From: Bacteroidota bacterium
GTDB lineage: Bacteria; Bacteroidota; Bacteroidia; Bacteroidales; UBA4417
Direction: 5' to 3'
Assembly: GCA_013376995.1 (NCBI GenBank)
Contig: JACAAZ010000002.1
Coordinates: 47,917-111,916, forward strand
Length of the DNA stretch: 64,000 bases
Position numbers and translations under genes: made by a program. The notes beneath the pieces are model-generated. The model worked only from the letters and a program-made list of their open reading frames with translations, searched no databases and was not told where the DNA came from. Of the stretch, positions 27,290 through 37,948 are shown one piece after another. Each line of letters opens with the position of its first letter. Within the stretch, counting starts at the first letter, position 1.

Positions 27290-29005
27290 TCAGGTACCGC
27301 CATTCAGAACTTCATCAATTACCCTGAAGAGTTCATTCCTGCGGATCGGTTTGGAAATATAGTGGTCAGCACCGGCCTGCATTATTCGTTCCCTTTCATC
27401 ACTCATAGCATAGGCGGTCTGAACGATGATCTTCGTTTGTATGCCCCTTGCCCTTATTTCTTTTAGGCAATCGTATCCATTCTTCACCGGCATATTGATA
27501 TCGAGAAGAATGAGATCGGGAGTCCTGCTGTCAATCTGGTCCATTAATTCGCCACCATCGCTCACATGGATTAACTCTGCAAAAGTCTCCTTAAGAAGTC
27601 GCTCTACATACAGGTAAGAATAAGCGTCATCCTCAGCAATTACAATTAGTTTTTGTGAAAGCAACAACGAATGTAGCTCAGGAACAATAATGTTGTTATT
27701 ATCTGCCGATTCAATGTAAGGGATTACAAAGCTGAAAGTAGTACCTGAGCCCGGGATGGATTCTACTTTAATGCTTCCGTGCAGCAAATCGATTATCCCT
27801 TTTGAAATGCTTAACCCCAGGCCTGTACCCTTATGAGAACCATCTTCCGTAGCCTGGCGGAAGCGTTCAAATATCAGGTCCTGCTTGTCCGGGGGGATGC
27901 CAATACCACTATCCTTAACATAAAACTGAAGTAAGGGTTCTGATGAATCTGGCATAACCTTGAATCCGAACTCTACAGCTCCAGTGTCAGTAAATTTGAT
28001 GGCATTGTTTATCAGGTTGATCAGCACTTGCTGAAGGCGGTTAGCATCTGTAACAGCCTTGACAAACTGGCGTTCTTCGGGCAAGTTAAGGATCAGCCTA
28101 AGGTTGGGCTTGATTTTAAGCAATTCTGAATTGATAAAGGCATAATAGGAATTCCTGCATATCTCCGTGATATTGCATTCCCCCAGGAATACCTTGAGCT
28201 GGTTTGCTTCCAGTTTGGAGATATCTATTATATCATTGATCAGCTGCATCAGCTGGTTGCTGGAATTTCCAATAATCATGGAATATTTCTTACGCTCGGC
28301 TTCAGTAATATCTTTATCAGATAAAAGGTCTGAATAGCCAAGGATAGAATTCATGGGAGTGCGGATCTCATGACTCATATTGGCAAGGAAAGCTGATTTC
28401 AGTTTATCGCTCTCTTCAGCCTTCTCCTTTTCTTTAATCAGGTTAATTTCCATCCGTTTCTCATTATCCACATCAATTATGGATGTACGTATTACAGGCA
28501 ACTGAGCAGTTCCAAGGCTGGGATCTTTAACGCTGATTAACCGTGCATAGAAGGATTGCCCCTGGTTTCTCAGCATCTTTATATCGCAACTTTGCGGTAG
28601 CTTCTGAAGAAGAGTCTGCCGAAGGTGAAAATAAAAAGTATCCTGGTATTCGGTCTGAATGAACCGAGTAATAGAGTGTCTCTTGAGCTGGCTGTAATCG
28701 CAGGCCAACAAGGTGCAGCCTGTAACATTTACATCAAGTATGACATAATCTTTTTGAATTACAAAGTAGCCAATTGGAGCAGTATTGAACATGTCAGCAT
28801 ATCTGTTCTTGATAATCTCAAGTTCATTCTGGGCCTTTCGTAATTCTTCGTTCTGGTGTTCAAGCTCAATTTGGTAGATGTTCAGTTCTTCAATTAATGA
28901 TTCGAGATCTTTGGCATAAAGTGAATGATCCGCAATCCCCCTTTGCTGCAAAAGATGCTCGGCTTTTTTACGCAAATGCATGCTATTATTATTGTCCTCT
29001 TTCAT
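27290..29005 (-). CDS. Hybrid sensor histidine kinase (coiled coil, PAS, HisKA, HATPase_c, receiver)
   Basis: It has the H-box SHEIRTPMNSILGY, N-box NLINNAIKFT, G-boxes DSGIGI and GTGLGLSI, and receiver motifs DLILLDINMP ... KP. Confidence 0.9.
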   Translation of the reverse strand: MKEDNNNSMHLRKKAEHLLQQRGIADHSLYAKDLESLIEELNIYQIELEHQNEELRKAQNELEIIKNRYADMFNTAPIGYFVIQKDYVILDVNVTGCTLLACDYSQLKRHSITRFIQTEYQDTFYFHLRQTLLQKLPQSCDIKMLRNQGQSFYARLISVKDPSLGTAQLPVIRTSIIDVDNEKRMEINLIKEKEKAEESDKLKSAFLANMSHEIRTPMNSILGYSDLLSDKDITEAERKKYSMIIGNSSNQLMQLINDIIDISKLEANQLKVFLGECNITEICRNSYYAFINSELLKIKPNLRLILNLPEERQFVKAVTDANRLQQVLINLINNAIKFTDTGAVEFGFKVMPDSSEPLLQFYVKDSGIGIPPDKQDLIFERFRQATEDGSHKGTGLGLSISKGIIDLLHGSIKVESIPGSGTTFSFVIPYIESADNNNIIVPELHSLLLSQKLIVIAEDDAYSYLYVERLLKETFAELIHVSDGGELMDQIDSRTPDLILLDINMPVKNGYDCLKEIRARGIQTKIIVQTAYAMSDERERIMQAGADHYISKPIRRNELFRVIDEVLNGGT

Positions 29006-29017
29006 TTCAGTGACGAG

Positions 29018-32000
29018 TTAATTGCTGAGGTTACGGATTAGGGTAATTTCATGAAAAAAGGAATAAACCTGGTACGGCTTTTTTTCATTCTCCCGGAACA
29101 AAGGGACAGTTGAAACTGATATCCAGATATGATCTTCTTTAAGAGGATTAAACAAACCCATCACAACATCTGTCTGAGTAATACCTGTAGCCAGGGCTAA
29201 AACTACAGGGTGCGTTTTCCCGGGGAAATCAGAACCATCATCATGTAAAGTCTTCCATCCCGGGTCAATGGCTTTGAGGTTCTTTAACAATTCAAGGCTT
29301 ATTCCAAGGATGCGTTCAGCAGCTGGATTTGCCCCAATGATCTTCCCTTTATGGTCATATAACAGCACGCCCAATTCATTGTTGCTGAACAATTTATCAT
29401 ATTTTTCAACGGTTTCCAGCTGAACATTTTCTGCCTGCTTATTTTCAATGGTTTTATTTTCAAGCAGTTTTTTTTCTGAAGTTATATTCATTACCACGCC
29501 TGATAGGACCAGTGGCTTTCCTCTTACATCGCGCTTGATAATTCCGCCTTTTTCCTTGTACCAGCAGTATTCTCCACTCCTGGAGCGGATCCGGTATTCT
29601 GCTTCATATGCTTCAGCTTTTCCTGAAAAGTGATCATTCAATGCTTGCCTGACGCGGGCTTGATCGTCAGGGTGAATGAGTCGTGCCCAATCTTCAGCCT
29701 TCGAACCTATTTCTCCCTGCTCGTAGCCTATCATCGTACTCCTGGCATCCCCGGAGGTTACCATATTAGCCTGGCAATTCCATTCCCAATGGGAGATACC
29801 ACCAACTTCCATAGCCATCCGCAGTCGTTCTGAAAGTTCCTGTACATGATATTCTGATTTGCGAAGGCTGGTGGTGTCAACGAATGTTATAATGATGCCA
29901 TCCACTGCATTTTCTGCAGTCCTGTAAGGTATAATCCGCATCAGGTACCAGTTTTTATGCTTGTCCTGCACTTCAACATTGATAGCTTTCAGTGACTCGA
30001 TTACGGCTTGTACATCAGCTATGAAATTCTTGTAGAGATGGTCATAGGAAAGGTGGTGGATCGGTCGCCCAATATCCGTATTGAGGATATTGGTGAGTTC
30101 AGAGGCTACTTTATTTACTTTCCTGATGGTTAGATCCCTGTCGAGGAACAGGGTTCCGATATGGGTGTTTTTCAACAGGTTATCCATATCAGCATTGGCT
30201 TCAGTAAGCTCCTCTATTTTTTTGAGATGTTCTGAATTGACTGTATATAATTCTTCGTTTACCGATTGAAGTTCTTCATTTGTGCTTTGCAATTCTTCAT
30301 TCGAGGCAATCAGCTCTTCGTTCGACGATTGCAACTCTTCATTTGAAGTCTCCAGCTCTTCAACTGCCGCCTGCAGGTTTTCGCTTTTATATTGGAGTTC
30401 TCGCTCAAGTTCTTCAATCCTCTCCTGGTACTGTTCGTTTACATCAATTTTTTTAATGGATCTGATAGGCAGGGTCTTGCTTTTTCTCTCGTTTTCGATG
30501 AATGAAACAATATAGAACAAGTCTCCCGATTTTTTATCAGCTATCTTTTTACAGGAAATAGTAAGGAGTTTATCAATTAATTCAGGTACTTCAATTTTCT
30601 CCAGGACCACTTCCTGTTTGCTTTTTTCTGCCCTTCGAAGTAAGCTGCTAACAAGGATTCCCAATTCCTTCGGAAGCATCTTAATAAGATTGAGGCTTAC
30701 CTGCCCGACAGGGAGAGTTACAAACTTACTGACCTGGTGAATGGTATGTACAATATCCAGGTTTTCATCCACAATGACGGATGGCGGGGCAAAATCGCCC
30801 AGTATTTCGCTGAAAATGCTTTCGAGGTTAACCAGCTTAACTTTTGACCGCGGGATGTATGAGTCGCTATTTTTAAGTTCAGCCCGAAGCTTCTGAGCCG
30901 GTGCAATACCAAGGCTATCGATCATGTAAGGCCTGAAGCCAGGTTGATGGCGATATATTCGTGATTTGTTATCAATAATTGTAAATCCATCTGACATATT
31001 TCCAAGGGATTCGCTGCTTCCCAGGAACAAATACCCACTGGGCACCAATGAAAGGTAGAACATTGCCAGCACTTTCTGCTGCACATGGTTGTTCAGATAA
31101 ATCAGGAGGTTACGGCAGGAAATCAGGTCTATTTTCGAAAAAGGAGGATCCTGCAAGATGTTATGCCGGGCAAATATAACCATGCTTCGAATGGAATCAT
31201 TAACCTGGTAGCGTTCTCCTTTATGTGTAAAGTACTTGTTAATTCTGTCAGGAGAAATGTCGGAAGCAATACTGTCAGGGTAAAGCCCGGTACCAGCATA
31301 TTCAAGGGATCGAGTATCAATGTCAGTTGCGAAGATCTTGACATCCTTAAGGATTGAATTCTTTTGCATGTATTCCTTGAGAAGGATTGCTATTGAATAG
31401 GCTTCCTCCCCGGTAGAACAACCGGCGACCCAAAGTCGCAAAGCGTCGTTTTCGCTTATTTGTTTGAAAAGATTCCCAAGGACTTCGTCGGAAAGTTTAT
31501 TGAATGCATCCTCATCTCTGAAAAAGCGTGTAACCCCGATGAGCAGTTCATTGAAAAGGAAATTGATCTCTTTAGGGTTATCGGCAAGGAATCTCACATA
31601 ATCGTCAATTTGATCAAACCGATTGATACTGATCCTTTTTTCCAGCCGACGAATAATAGTAGCCTCCTTGTAATTTGAAAAATCGACTCCCCGATGGTCA
31701 CGGAGAATAGAAATTACTTTTGATAGCTGGTTTTCATCTTTATTTATCTGGTGTTCTATCTGTTCTGTTTTCCTTATCAAAGGATGTTTAACATAGTTAA
31801 CAAGTTCATCCGCCAACTTTGCAGGAGGAAGTATCAGGTCAACCATCCCGGTGGAAATGGAACTCCTTGGCATTCCATCGAATTTGGCAGATTGGTCATC
31901 CTGTACCATGGCAATACCTCCAAACTCCTTTATGGCTCTGATTCCCAAAGTTCCGTCACTACCAGTGCCGGAAAGTATTATTCCGATTGCATTTTTTTCC

Positions 32001-32413
32001 TGGTCTTTTGCCAGGGAACGGAGGAAAATGTCAATTGGCAGGTTGAGTGATCTCCCTGGAGCTTGTTCTGTCAATAACAATTTGCCGTGAAAAATAGTCA
32101 TGTTCATTCGTGGAGGTATCAGGTAGATATGGTTTTCTTCTACCATCATTCCATCCTCTACCCTATGAATCACCATTTTTGTATGCCTGGCCAATAATTC
32201 GTCCATGAGGCTCTTGTAATCAGGCGATAAATGCTGGACGATTATAAAGGCTACTCCGGGATCCTCCGGCATGCTTTTAAAAAATTCCTGCAAAGCTTCC
32301 AGGCCCCCGGCTGATGCACCAATCCCAACTACAGGGAAATCGATAGGAGAAGATTCATGGTTGTCAGAGAATTTGCGGGAATCATCAGGTTGACTAATTT
32401 GTTGAGTATCCAT
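29018..32413 (-). CDS. CheB methylesterase / CheR methyltransferase fusion with coiled coil and three PAS-like domains (1131 aa)
   Basis: The CheB-like N-terminus reads [14 protein letters not shown]...VQH. The CheR SAM site reads [26 protein letters not shown] heptad run and C-terminal PAS repeats follow. It lies 12 nt upstream of the kinase gene. Confidence 0.85.
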   Translation of the reverse strand: MDTQQISQPDDSRKFSDNHESSPIDFPVVGIGASAGGLEALQEFFKSMPEDPGVAFIIVQHLSPDYKSLMDELLARHTKMVIHRVEDGMMVEENHIYLIPPRMNMTIFHGKLLLTEQAPGRSLNLPIDIFLRSLAKDQEKNAIGIILSGTGSDGTLGIRAIKEFGGIAMVQDDQSAKFDGMPRSSISTGMVDLILPPAKLADELVNYVKHPLIRKTEQIEHQINKDENQLSKVISILRDHRGVDFSNYKEATIIRRLEKRISINRFDQIDDYVRFLADNPKEINFLFNELLIGVTRFFRDEDAFNKLSDEVLGNLFKQISENDALRLWVAGCSTGEEAYSIAILLKEYMQKNSILKDVKIFATDIDTRSLEYAGTGLYPDSIASDISPDRINKYFTHKGERYQVNDSIRSMVIFARHNILQDPPFSKIDLISCRNLLIYLNNHVQQKVLAMFYLSLVPSGYLFLGSSESLGNMSDGFTIIDNKSRIYRHQPGFRPYMIDSLGIAPAQKLRAELKNSDSYIPRSKVKLVNLESIFSEILGDFAPPSVIVDENLDIVHTIHQVSKFVTLPVGQVSLNLIKMLPKELGILVSSLLRRAEKSKQEVVLEKIEVPELIDKLLTISCKKIADKKSGDLFYIVSFIENERKSKTLPIRSIKKIDVNEQYQERIEELERELQYKSENLQAAVEELETSNEELQSSNEELIASNEELQSTNEELQSVNEELYTVNSEHLKKIEELTEANADMDNLLKNTHIGTLFLDRDLTIRKVNKVASELTNILNTDIGRPIHHLSYDHLYKNFIADVQAVIESLKAINVEVQDKHKNWYLMRIIPYRTAENAVDGIIITFVDTTSLRKSEYHVQELSERLRMAMEVGGISHWEWNCQANMVTSGDARSTMIGYEQGEIGSKAEDWARLIHPDDQARVRQALNDHFSGKAEAYEAEYRIRSRSGEYCWYKEKGGIIKRDVRGKPLVLSGVVMNITSEKKLLENKTIENKQAENVQLETVEKYDKLFSNNELGVLLYDHKGKIIGANPAAERILGISLELLKNLKAIDPGWKTLHDDGSDFPGKTHPVVLALATGITQTDVVMGLFNPLKEDHIWISVSTVPLFRENEKKPYQVYSFFHEITLIRNLSN
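30230..30376 (-). repeat. Imperfect 21-nt tandem repeat encoding the heptad run [36 protein letters not shown]
   Basis: Read directly from the sequence: five consecutive xxNEELx heptads. Confidence 0.8.
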
Positions 32414-33246
32414 GGTCCTGTAATTATTGTGAATTAAGTTGTAAGTCTGTCTTACAAGTAAAAAAAGGATAACAAATCCTGGGATATTTTCTAATCCACA
32501 AACAAATACGTGTAAAACCAGGTTTAAACGTCTAATAAAAGAGATGGACTAGCTTCAAGTTTTACAGGCATTAATCAAGAACAAATCGTAAAAAAAGATG
32601 TGCGTAAATACCGGCGACAACGTGTTGTTTAACCATTTTCACTTACCACTAAACAATGAATGATATAAAACAGGAAATGATATAAATTGTTTGCGGATAA
32701 ATTTTTAAAAAATAAATAATTGATTAATTAATATTTACAGTACTCTTATATTGGTTATCAAATTTCTTTTTATGAGTTAAATAATTCTTCATTGTTCAAG
32801 ACTTTAGCTATTATATCAAACAATTCTTTCCTGAACGGCTCCGATTAAGAACCAATTGCGACTTCATATAGTAACTAAACTCTATTTCCAATACAAAGGA
32901 TGAACCTACTTCAGATGGAATACCTTAATGGGGTTGGAGAAGCGCTATGAATTACATTGGATATTACCAGGCTGACAATACCCTGGCAGGCTACAAGCTC
33001 ATTGGTCCGGGTTTCTCCAACAGAAGGGCATTTGATTTTGTGACAGTTAAAGACTCATCTCCTAACTCATTATATATTAGAAAGCTTAATTAGCTTGAGG
33101 CGAGTACAAGGCAAACTGCTGCAATATTCTTTTGCGAACCCATAACTCTATACTTTCAACTGTATCGTAAGATTAATTCTTTGCTGAAATAGTGAAAAGC
33201 CTGCTGATCTTTCTTTAGGTCCTTTCACTAAAGCTCATCGCACATA

Positions 33247-33675
33247 TCAGGCATTAATCCCATTGGGTATTAGCAATTTGTTCATTAGGCTGAAGAGGTC
33301 CCGCCTGAGTACCGGTTTGTTAATGAATCTGTCTGCTCCGGCTTGTAGCATACGCATCCTGTCTTCCAGCAAATCGCTGGCTGATTGTACAATAATTTTA
33401 AATGTTAACCCTCTCATCCGGATTTCTTTCAAACAATCATAGCCATCCATTTCCGGAAGCTGAAGGTCAAGCAGAATAATGTCGGGAAGAGATTTATCAA
33501 GGAACTCCATTAGCTGGAACCCATTCGTCGCATGCCGGATATGAATACCCGTCTTGTTCAGGACTATTCTCTGATACTCATAACAATAGAAGTCATCTTC
33601 GACAATGATTACAGAAAAGTCGGAATAGTCTGGTATTAATATTTCCCGGTTACTAAATGAAAAAGGGACTGACAT
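33247..33675 (-). CDS. Stand-alone response-regulator receiver domain (142 aa)
   Basis: It has the receiver motifs IIVEDD, DIILLDLQLPEMDG and KP, and no output domain. By eye it is ~45% identical to the receiver of the hybrid kinase (shared GYDCLKEIR.RG...KIIVQ.A...QAGAD). Confidence 0.85.
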   Translation of the reverse strand: MSVPFSFSNREILIPDYSDFSVIIVEDDFYCYEYQRIVLNKTGIHIRHATNGFQLMEFLDKSLPDIILLDLQLPEMDGYDCLKEIRMRGLTFKIIVQSASDLLEDRMRMLQAGADRFINKPVLRRDLFSLMNKLLIPNGINA

Positions 33676-34073
33676 ATCTGCTGCAATGAATGAATAATAA
33701 TACTCTGAATTAGGCAGGATGATTTATTCGGGCGATTTACCATTTATGACTTCTGTTTGTCATTGTAGCAACCAAGCAATGCAGAGATATAAAGTTATAA
33801 GGTCATTTTAACAAACAAAAGAGATACTTGTTTCGTCAGTTCATAGTAAATAAACATATCTGCCTGTTTTCGTGCTCTTTATAAAATAAACATACAGGGA
33901 ATTGGCGTAGTTTGAAGCTGATATTCTTAATACAAATTGTTCTTCTGACTTTTTGTAATAAACCAAACTACGTGACTTTTTATGGAATCAAACCATCGGG
34001 TGCATCTGCAGGAAAAAGTTTTTCATTCCAAGAAGGACTCCCTGCAGTAATCACCCTTTAACACTTATTTGTC

Positions 34074-36500
34074 ATGAAAACGTCCCATGTTTCCCTGTTA
34101 TTTTCAGCTCTTATCTTTCTGCTGATCATTACCGCAAGTGCTATGATCCTGAATGTTCAGCATCCAAGCAACACTAAACCCAAAAATTCAACATTAGGCC
34201 AATCTGTTGAACAATGGGGTAATCCTTATCAGGATAATAAGGACAAAACGCTATCTCCTTATTTCTTTGTGAAATCTGACGATCAGGCTCTTGACCAATT
34301 ACCATTAAAATCGACCAATGTAATTGTAAATATTGCCGGGGTAATAGCTGATGTTACTGTATGCCAGGAATATGTGAATGAAGGCAAGAGGCCAATTGAA
34401 GCCATTTATGTATTTCCTGCTTCAACCAGGGCCGCAGTTTACAGCATGAAAATGACCTTGGGGGAAAGAATTATTTATGCAAAAATCTGTGAAAAGGAAA
34501 AGGCAAAAAAGGACTATAATGAGGCTAAAGCCAAAGGTAAATCTGCGTCTTTACTTGAGCAGGAACGCCCAAATGTGTTCCAGATGAATGTTGCCAATAT
34601 CATGCCTGGTGACCAGGTAAAAGTAGAAATGAAATACACGGAAATCCTAATTCCGGAAAAAGGTATCTATCAATTCATTTATCCCACTGTTGTTGGCCCG
34701 CGTTATTCAAACAAGCAGGAATCACAAATTGCTTCTACAGAACACTGGGTTTCCAACCCGTTTCTGCACCAGGGGGCTGCTCCAACGTATTCATTTAATA
34801 TACAATGTAGTATATCAGCAGGCATGCCGGTTAGTGATGTTCAATGCCCATCACACCATACATCCATTTCGTTTGAAAATGCGGAAAAAGCCAGGATTGA
34901 ACTAGAGCCTTCCGAAAACATGGCTGGTAACCGAGACTTCATTTTGGAATACCGGCTTACCGGAGAAAAAATTGAAACTGGGCTACTGCTATATCCTGGG
35001 GAAAAGGAGAATTTCTTTCTGGCTATGATACAGCCTCCGCGTTCGGTTAAGCTTTCTGATATCCCTGCCCGTGACTATGTTTTTATTATGGATGTTTCAG
35101 GCAGTATGAATGGGGATCCCATTAATATTTCCAAAATGCTGATGCGCAACCTTATCAGTAATTTACGGGCAAAAGATCGCTTTAATGTTATTTTATTTGC
35201 CGGTGGCGACCAATTGTTTTCGGAAGAATCAGTACCCGTAACAGACGAAAATCTAAATAAAGCTCTCTCCTTCATTGATAAAGAAACCGGATCTGGAGGA
35301 ACAGAGCTTTTACCAGCACTGAAACGGGCTCTTGGCCTGAAAGGGACAGATGGGTATTCAAGGAGTTTTATAATAACAACAGATGGATATGTTGATGTTG
35401 AAAGTGACGCATTTGATCTTATCAGAAACCACAGGAACCAGGCTAATTTCTTCCCATTTGGAATTGGAACTTCCGTCAACAGGTACCTGATTGAGGGAAT
35501 GGCCAGGGCAGGAGGTGGAACTCCATTTATTGTGACCAATCTTTCGAAGGCAACAGCTGAAGCCACCCGATTCAGGGATTACATCAAACAACCGGTAATT
35601 AGCCATATAAATTTCTCCACTCCCGGTTTTGACACTTATGATGTTGAACCTGGCAGCTTACAGGATGTGTTTTCTGATAGGCCTGTAATCGTTTTTGGAA
35701 AATACAGGGGAACCGCCAGGGGGAGTATTCACTTAACAGGAGTGACGGCTAGAGGAAAATTTGATCAAAGTGTTGAAGTGAGTAAATATATTCCGCTGGC
35801 AAGCAACTCAGCCCTCAAATACCTTTGGGCAAGGGAGCAAATCCGCAACCTGGATGATTTTGACAGCTTCGGAGATGAGAATAAGGAGAAAGTGCTTGAG
35901 CTGGGATTGAAATACAACCTGCTTACCCGCTATACTTCTTTCCTGGCAATTGACAATGATATTAGAAATCCTTCAGGGAAACAGATCACAGTTAACCAGC
36001 CCCTCCCCTTACCGGATGGTGTTACAGATATGGCTGTTGGTGGTACTGTGCAGTTTGTTGCACCTATTATAAGTACGGTGGATAATGATGAGGTCGTGTA
36101 CGAAGAAAGTGATGATCTCGAGCTTGCCGATCACTTAAGTGCAAAAGAAGAATGTAATAAGAAAGCTGCGCAGCCGGTTTTTGCAGTTGATGAGCAGCAA
36201 CCTGAATTCCCTGGAGGAGAAGAGAAGATGAAGAAATTCATTGCCGACAATATTCGCTATCCTCAACAAGCAGCTGAGAGTGCCATAGAAGGAACTGTAT
36301 TTATTTCTTTCGTTGTAAATGCCAATGGGAGCATCAGCGATATCAAAATTCTTCGGGGAATCGGAGGTGGCTGCGATGAAGAAGCTATCCGGGTGATTAA
36401 GATGATGCCTAAATGGATTCCCGGAAAGCAGGATGGGAAACCTGTGCCGGTTTTGTTTAACCTTCCTGTAAAATTTAGCCTTGAAGCGGAGAAAAAATAA
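34074..36500 (+). CDS. Membrane-anchored VIT + von Willebrand A protein with a C-terminal TonB-type domain (808 aa)
   Basis: It has an N-terminal anchor, a VIT-like block (ST.V.V.I.G.IA.V.V.Q.Y.N....IEA.YVFP), the vWA MIDAS motif MDVSGSM, and a C-terminal PEFPGGEEKMKKFI...YPQQA.E..IEGTV.ISFVV...G.I.DI.IL.G.G.GCDEEAIRV. Confidence 0.8.
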   Translation: MKTSHVSLLFSALIFLLIITASAMILNVQHPSNTKPKNSTLGQSVEQWGNPYQDNKDKTLSPYFFVKSDDQALDQLPLKSTNVIVNIAGVIADVTVCQEYVNEGKRPIEAIYVFPASTRAAVYSMKMTLGERIIYAKICEKEKAKKDYNEAKAKGKSASLLEQERPNVFQMNVANIMPGDQVKVEMKYTEILIPEKGIYQFIYPTVVGPRYSNKQESQIASTEHWVSNPFLHQGAAPTYSFNIQCSISAGMPVSDVQCPSHHTSISFENAEKARIELEPSENMAGNRDFILEYRLTGEKIETGLLLYPGEKENFFLAMIQPPRSVKLSDIPARDYVFIMDVSGSMNGDPINISKMLMRNLISNLRAKDRFNVILFAGGDQLFSEESVPVTDENLNKALSFIDKETGSGGTELLPALKRALGLKGTDGYSRSFIITTDGYVDVESDAFDLIRNHRNQANFFPFGIGTSVNRYLIEGMARAGGGTPFIVTNLSKATAEATRFRDYIKQPVISHINFSTPGFDTYDVEPGSLQDVFSDRPVIVFGKYRGTARGSIHLTGVTARGKFDQSVEVSKYIPLASNSALKYLWAREQIRNLDDFDSFGDENKEKVLELGLKYNLLTRYTSFLAIDNDIRNPSGKQITVNQPLPLPDGVTDMAVGGTVQFVAPIISTVDNDEVVYEESDDLELADHLSAKEECNKKAAQPVFAVDEQQPEFPGGEEKMKKFIADNIRYPQQAAESAIEGTVFISFVVNANGSISDIKILRGIGGGCDEEAIRVIKMMPKWIPGKQDGKPVPVLFNLPVKFSLEAEKK

Positions 36501-36513
36501 TGAATTTAAATCG

Positions 36514-36556
36514 AGCCTGGCCGTGGGAATTATTATTCCCGGCCAGGCTTTTCCCT
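36514..36556 (+). terminator. Rho-independent terminator after the VIT-vWA gene
   Basis: AGCCTGGCCG..GGGAAT / ATTCCCGGCCAGGCT forms a 15-bp stem with a 2-nt bulge. It is followed by TTTCCCTTT. Confidence 0.75.
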
Positions 36557-36679
36557 TTAAACCACATCACTCCATAATGCAAGCTTTTAAATCCTTTCAA
36601 TTACTTCTGAAGTCTTGAAAAAAGAAATTTATCAGGAAGACTCGGGCTTTTTTCTTTTTTACAAATAGATTTTAGTGCT

Positions 36680-37765
36680 TCAATCTGGTTTTATCACCTT
36701 GTTATCCCGGTCCGGAATATGATACCTCCTCCAGAATTTCCAGGTACTGAAAGTAGTATAGGTAAGTATTTTATTGATAAGAGGGAAACGCATAAGGTAA
36801 TGCAATAACCGGTAACCAGCCCAGAAAGCGATGAGCATGCCGGAATACTGCATTATATAATAGATCAGGCTGGAAGCTGTTCCTGATCCCGAAAGCCATT
36901 GATTTGACAGGTCACGGGAAAAAGAAGCAAGAATCGGGTTCAGGAAAATAATGATCACTGCAAGCAATAAGAAAACAAAGGAATGAGCCGTTTCGATAGC
37001 TCGTTTCGGGCAGTAATTCATACAGTGCATACAACTTTCGCAGCTGAACTTCCAATACGGCCTTCTCCTATGCATAATGATTGATTGTGTTGGACATTGC
37101 TTAACGCACAACCCGCAATTGTTACAATTGTAGTTGGCAACAAAAGTCTTTGCAATAATGAATCTGCCTACAAAATAATAACCAATGGCAATAGGCGCTA
37201 CCAGCAAATCCAGGGGCAGAAGAATAAAGGATTTGAGAAAGACCGGTTTCCCCTTAAGTACTTCTCCGGAAAACCAAAAAGTCAGCCGTTTACATCGTTC
37301 TACCATTGAATCCACCACCTTTGGCTTAAGTCCGGGGTGTATGGAAATCCAGTTTGAAGGCAGGTCGACCGGGTACATGGCTTTAATATGATAGCCTTTA
37401 AGCATCATGATCAATGCAGGGAAGTACATGGCAATTCCACTCAGCCCGGGTAGAAACAATTTCCAGAGTTTCATACCTGCCCGGGTATTCCCGATAAATA
37501 CGTCTGAGCCCTTTAACAACATGAATCTCATAAGAAATGCAAGCATTGAATGGGGCATATTGAAGCCATGGGTTGCTGAAAAGAACCCAATTAATGTCCT
37601 CCCCCGAAAATCACTAATGGATTCCGGGTCAAACTGCTGATAGGAAGAAACATGAACCCTTAAGCCAGCATCGGAAGCCTTTTCTCCAATCCATTCTGAA
37701 ACACGTTTTGAATTCCCCGTTCCGGAGTAATAAATCATTAAAAGATTATCATAATTCGTAGCCAT
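36680..37765 (-). CDS. Membrane-bound flavodoxin-like / 2x[4Fe-4S] ferredoxin (EFR1-like)
   Basis: It has the flavodoxin P-loop-like YYSGTGNS and two CxxCxxCxxxCP motifs (CNNCGLCVKQCP, CESCMHCMNYCP). Hydrophobic helices flank the cluster domain. I chose the ATG at 37765. Confidence 0.65.
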   Translation of the reverse strand: MATNYDNLLMIYYSGTGNSKRVSEWIGEKASDAGLRVHVSSYQQFDPESISDFRGRTLIGFFSATHGFNMPHSMLAFLMRFMLLKGSDVFIGNTRAGMKLWKLFLPGLSGIAMYFPALIMMLKGYHIKAMYPVDLPSNWISIHPGLKPKVVDSMVERCKRLTFWFSGEVLKGKPVFLKSFILLPLDLLVAPIAIGYYFVGRFIIAKTFVANYNCNNCGLCVKQCPTQSIIMHRRRPYWKFSCESCMHCMNYCPKRAIETAHSFVFLLLAVIIIFLNPILASFSRDLSNQWLSGSGTASSLIYYIMQYSGMLIAFWAGYRLLHYLMRFPLINKILTYTTFSTWKFWRRYHIPDRDNKVIKPD

Positions 37766-37898
37766 AGGATAGAGAAAAACAGATCGAAAAATCACTTAAA
37801 ACCAATCAGCTGCAAGTTGCAAAAAAACCTTAGAATATTACATTAATTGAACTGTTTCTAAATTGATATTTGTCTGAAAACCACAGGTAATTTCCTTA

Positions 37899-37906
37899 TA
37901 CTTTTG
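37899..37906 (+). promoter_or_regulatory. -7 promoter box for the fused oxidoreductase gene
   Basis: TACTTTTG matches TAnnTTTG and lies 42 nt upstream of the ATG at 37949. Confidence 0.4.
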
Positions 37907-37948
37907 CCGGTATTACGGCTATAATTTTACTTACAATCTCTACCTGTC

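Noticed and set aside
32414-34073. I scanned the two long spacers for tRNA, tmRNA, RNase P, SRP or 6S RNA signatures.
   Set aside because: No cloverleaf-compatible arms and no conserved cores (such as GAGGAAAGTCC) were seen. I cannot exclude novel RNAs without covariance models.
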